This document shows, piece after piece, positions 62,998 to 64,000 of a stretch of DNA of 64,000 nt. Each line of letters starts with the position of its first letter. Position 1 is the stretch's first letter. Origin of the DNA: Macrostomum lignano. Taxonomy: Eukaryota. The position numbers and the translations under genes are program-made. Under the pieces are notes generated by a model. The model had not been told where the DNA came from. It saw nothing but the letters and a program-made list of their open reading frames with translations, and did no database searches. The stretch spans positions 62,001-126,000 of the forward strand of contig NIVC01001485.1 in NCBI GenBank assembly GCA_002269645.1, read 5' to 3'.

Positions 62998-63665
62998 TTG
63001 GCTGGGGTGTGTGTACTCTGGGGTTAGAGGGATAGGGCTTGGCTGGGGTGTGTGTACTCTGGGGTTAGAGGGATCGGGTTTGGCTGGGGTGTGTGTACTC
63101 TGGGGTTAGAGGGATAGGGCTTGGCTGGGGTGTGTGTACTCTGGGGTTAGAGGGATCGGGTTTGGCTGGGGTGTGTGTACTCTGGGGTTAGAGGGATAGG
63201 GTTTGGCTGCGGTGTGTGTACTCTGGAGTTAGAGGGATAGGGCTTGGCTGGGAGTGTACTCTGGGGTTAGAGGGATAGGGCTTGGCTGGGGGTGTGTGTA
63301 CTCTGGGTTAGAGGGATAGGGCTTGGCTGGGGTGTGTGTACTCTGGGGTTAGAGGGATCGGGTTTGGCTGGGGTGTGTGTACTCTGGGGTTAGAGGGATA
63401 GGGTTTGGCTGGGGTGTGTGTACTCTGGAGTTAGAGGGATAGGGCTTGGCTGGGAGTGTACTCTGGGGTTAGAGGGATAGGGTTTGGCTGGGGTGTGTGT
63501 ACTCTGGAGTTAGAGGGATAGGGCTTGGCTGGGAGTGTACTCTGGGGTTAGAGGGATAGGGCTTGGCTGGGAGTGTACTCTGGGGTTAGAGGGATAGGGC
63601 TTGGCTGGGGGTGTGTGTACTCTGGGTTAGAGGGATAGGGCTTGGCTGTGGGTGTACTCTGGAGT
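62998..63665. repeat. ~44-46-bp G-rich minisatellite (GGCTTGGCTGGGGTGTGTGTACTCTGGGGTTAGAGGGATAG)
   Basis: Direct reading, ~15 copies. Confidence 0.93.
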
Positions 63666-64000
63666 AGAAAAAAGGACGCACAATAGTAAAAATCAGTTAA
63701 GCTACATTAAATATTGAAAAAAATGTGCCGGTACAATGGTAATAAACGTGCAGCTGTACTAGTGATACATAGCAAAAGCGAGATAAGCGGCGGTGTACAT
63801 TGAATGCGCATAATCTAGCGAGATAGCTAGCTAGTTGATGTATAAATAACAATTGCAAGCTATTGCTAACCATACTACTAATAACTAGTATATAGTAGTA
63901 AATACAAAGAATGTTAAGCGAGGAAAGCGGGTTGACTTTATTTTTATTATATAACTTAATAAGAACTCTGACTAGCATTATTAAGAAAGTTAAGATCGAA

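Noticed and set aside
62998-63665. Telomeric or interstitial telomeric repeat
   Set aside because: It contains GGGGTTAG once per ~45-bp unit but no (TTAGGG)n run.

Overview
Eukaryotic, intron-rich animal DNA. The gene style (GC-rich exons, GT-AG introns stuffed with tandem repeats, abundant (AGAC)n) suggests a free-living flatworm such as Macrostomum; this is an inference and was not verified. Bases ~0.5-15.2 kb are a nest of decayed or non-autonomous transposons: two 3'-truncated Ty3/Gypsy elements, MULE/NOF-like and THAP/P-like relics, a Merlin element with intact ends, a Kolobok-like element and MITEs, with a visibly CpG-poor domain at ~9-16 kb. From 16.1 to 61.9 kb there are nine host genes, all on the + strand: RPUSD1-like, mitochondrial SSB-like, gelsolin/severin-like (1-nt frameshift), DZIP1, MGAT5, RPL35A, an unrecognised 3-exon gene, a cupin/JmjC-like gene and P4HA. 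Exon-intron structures were built by hand from splice sites and reading frame. Almost every long intron holds a minisatellite, and several arrays sit inside TSD-flanked MITEs. The most interesting leads are MITE-carried minisatellites, a tandem RFX X-box-like array in intron 1 of the ciliary gene DZIP1, and a possible SL-trans-spliced co-directional gene cluster. No CRISPR, rRNA or prokaryotic features were found.
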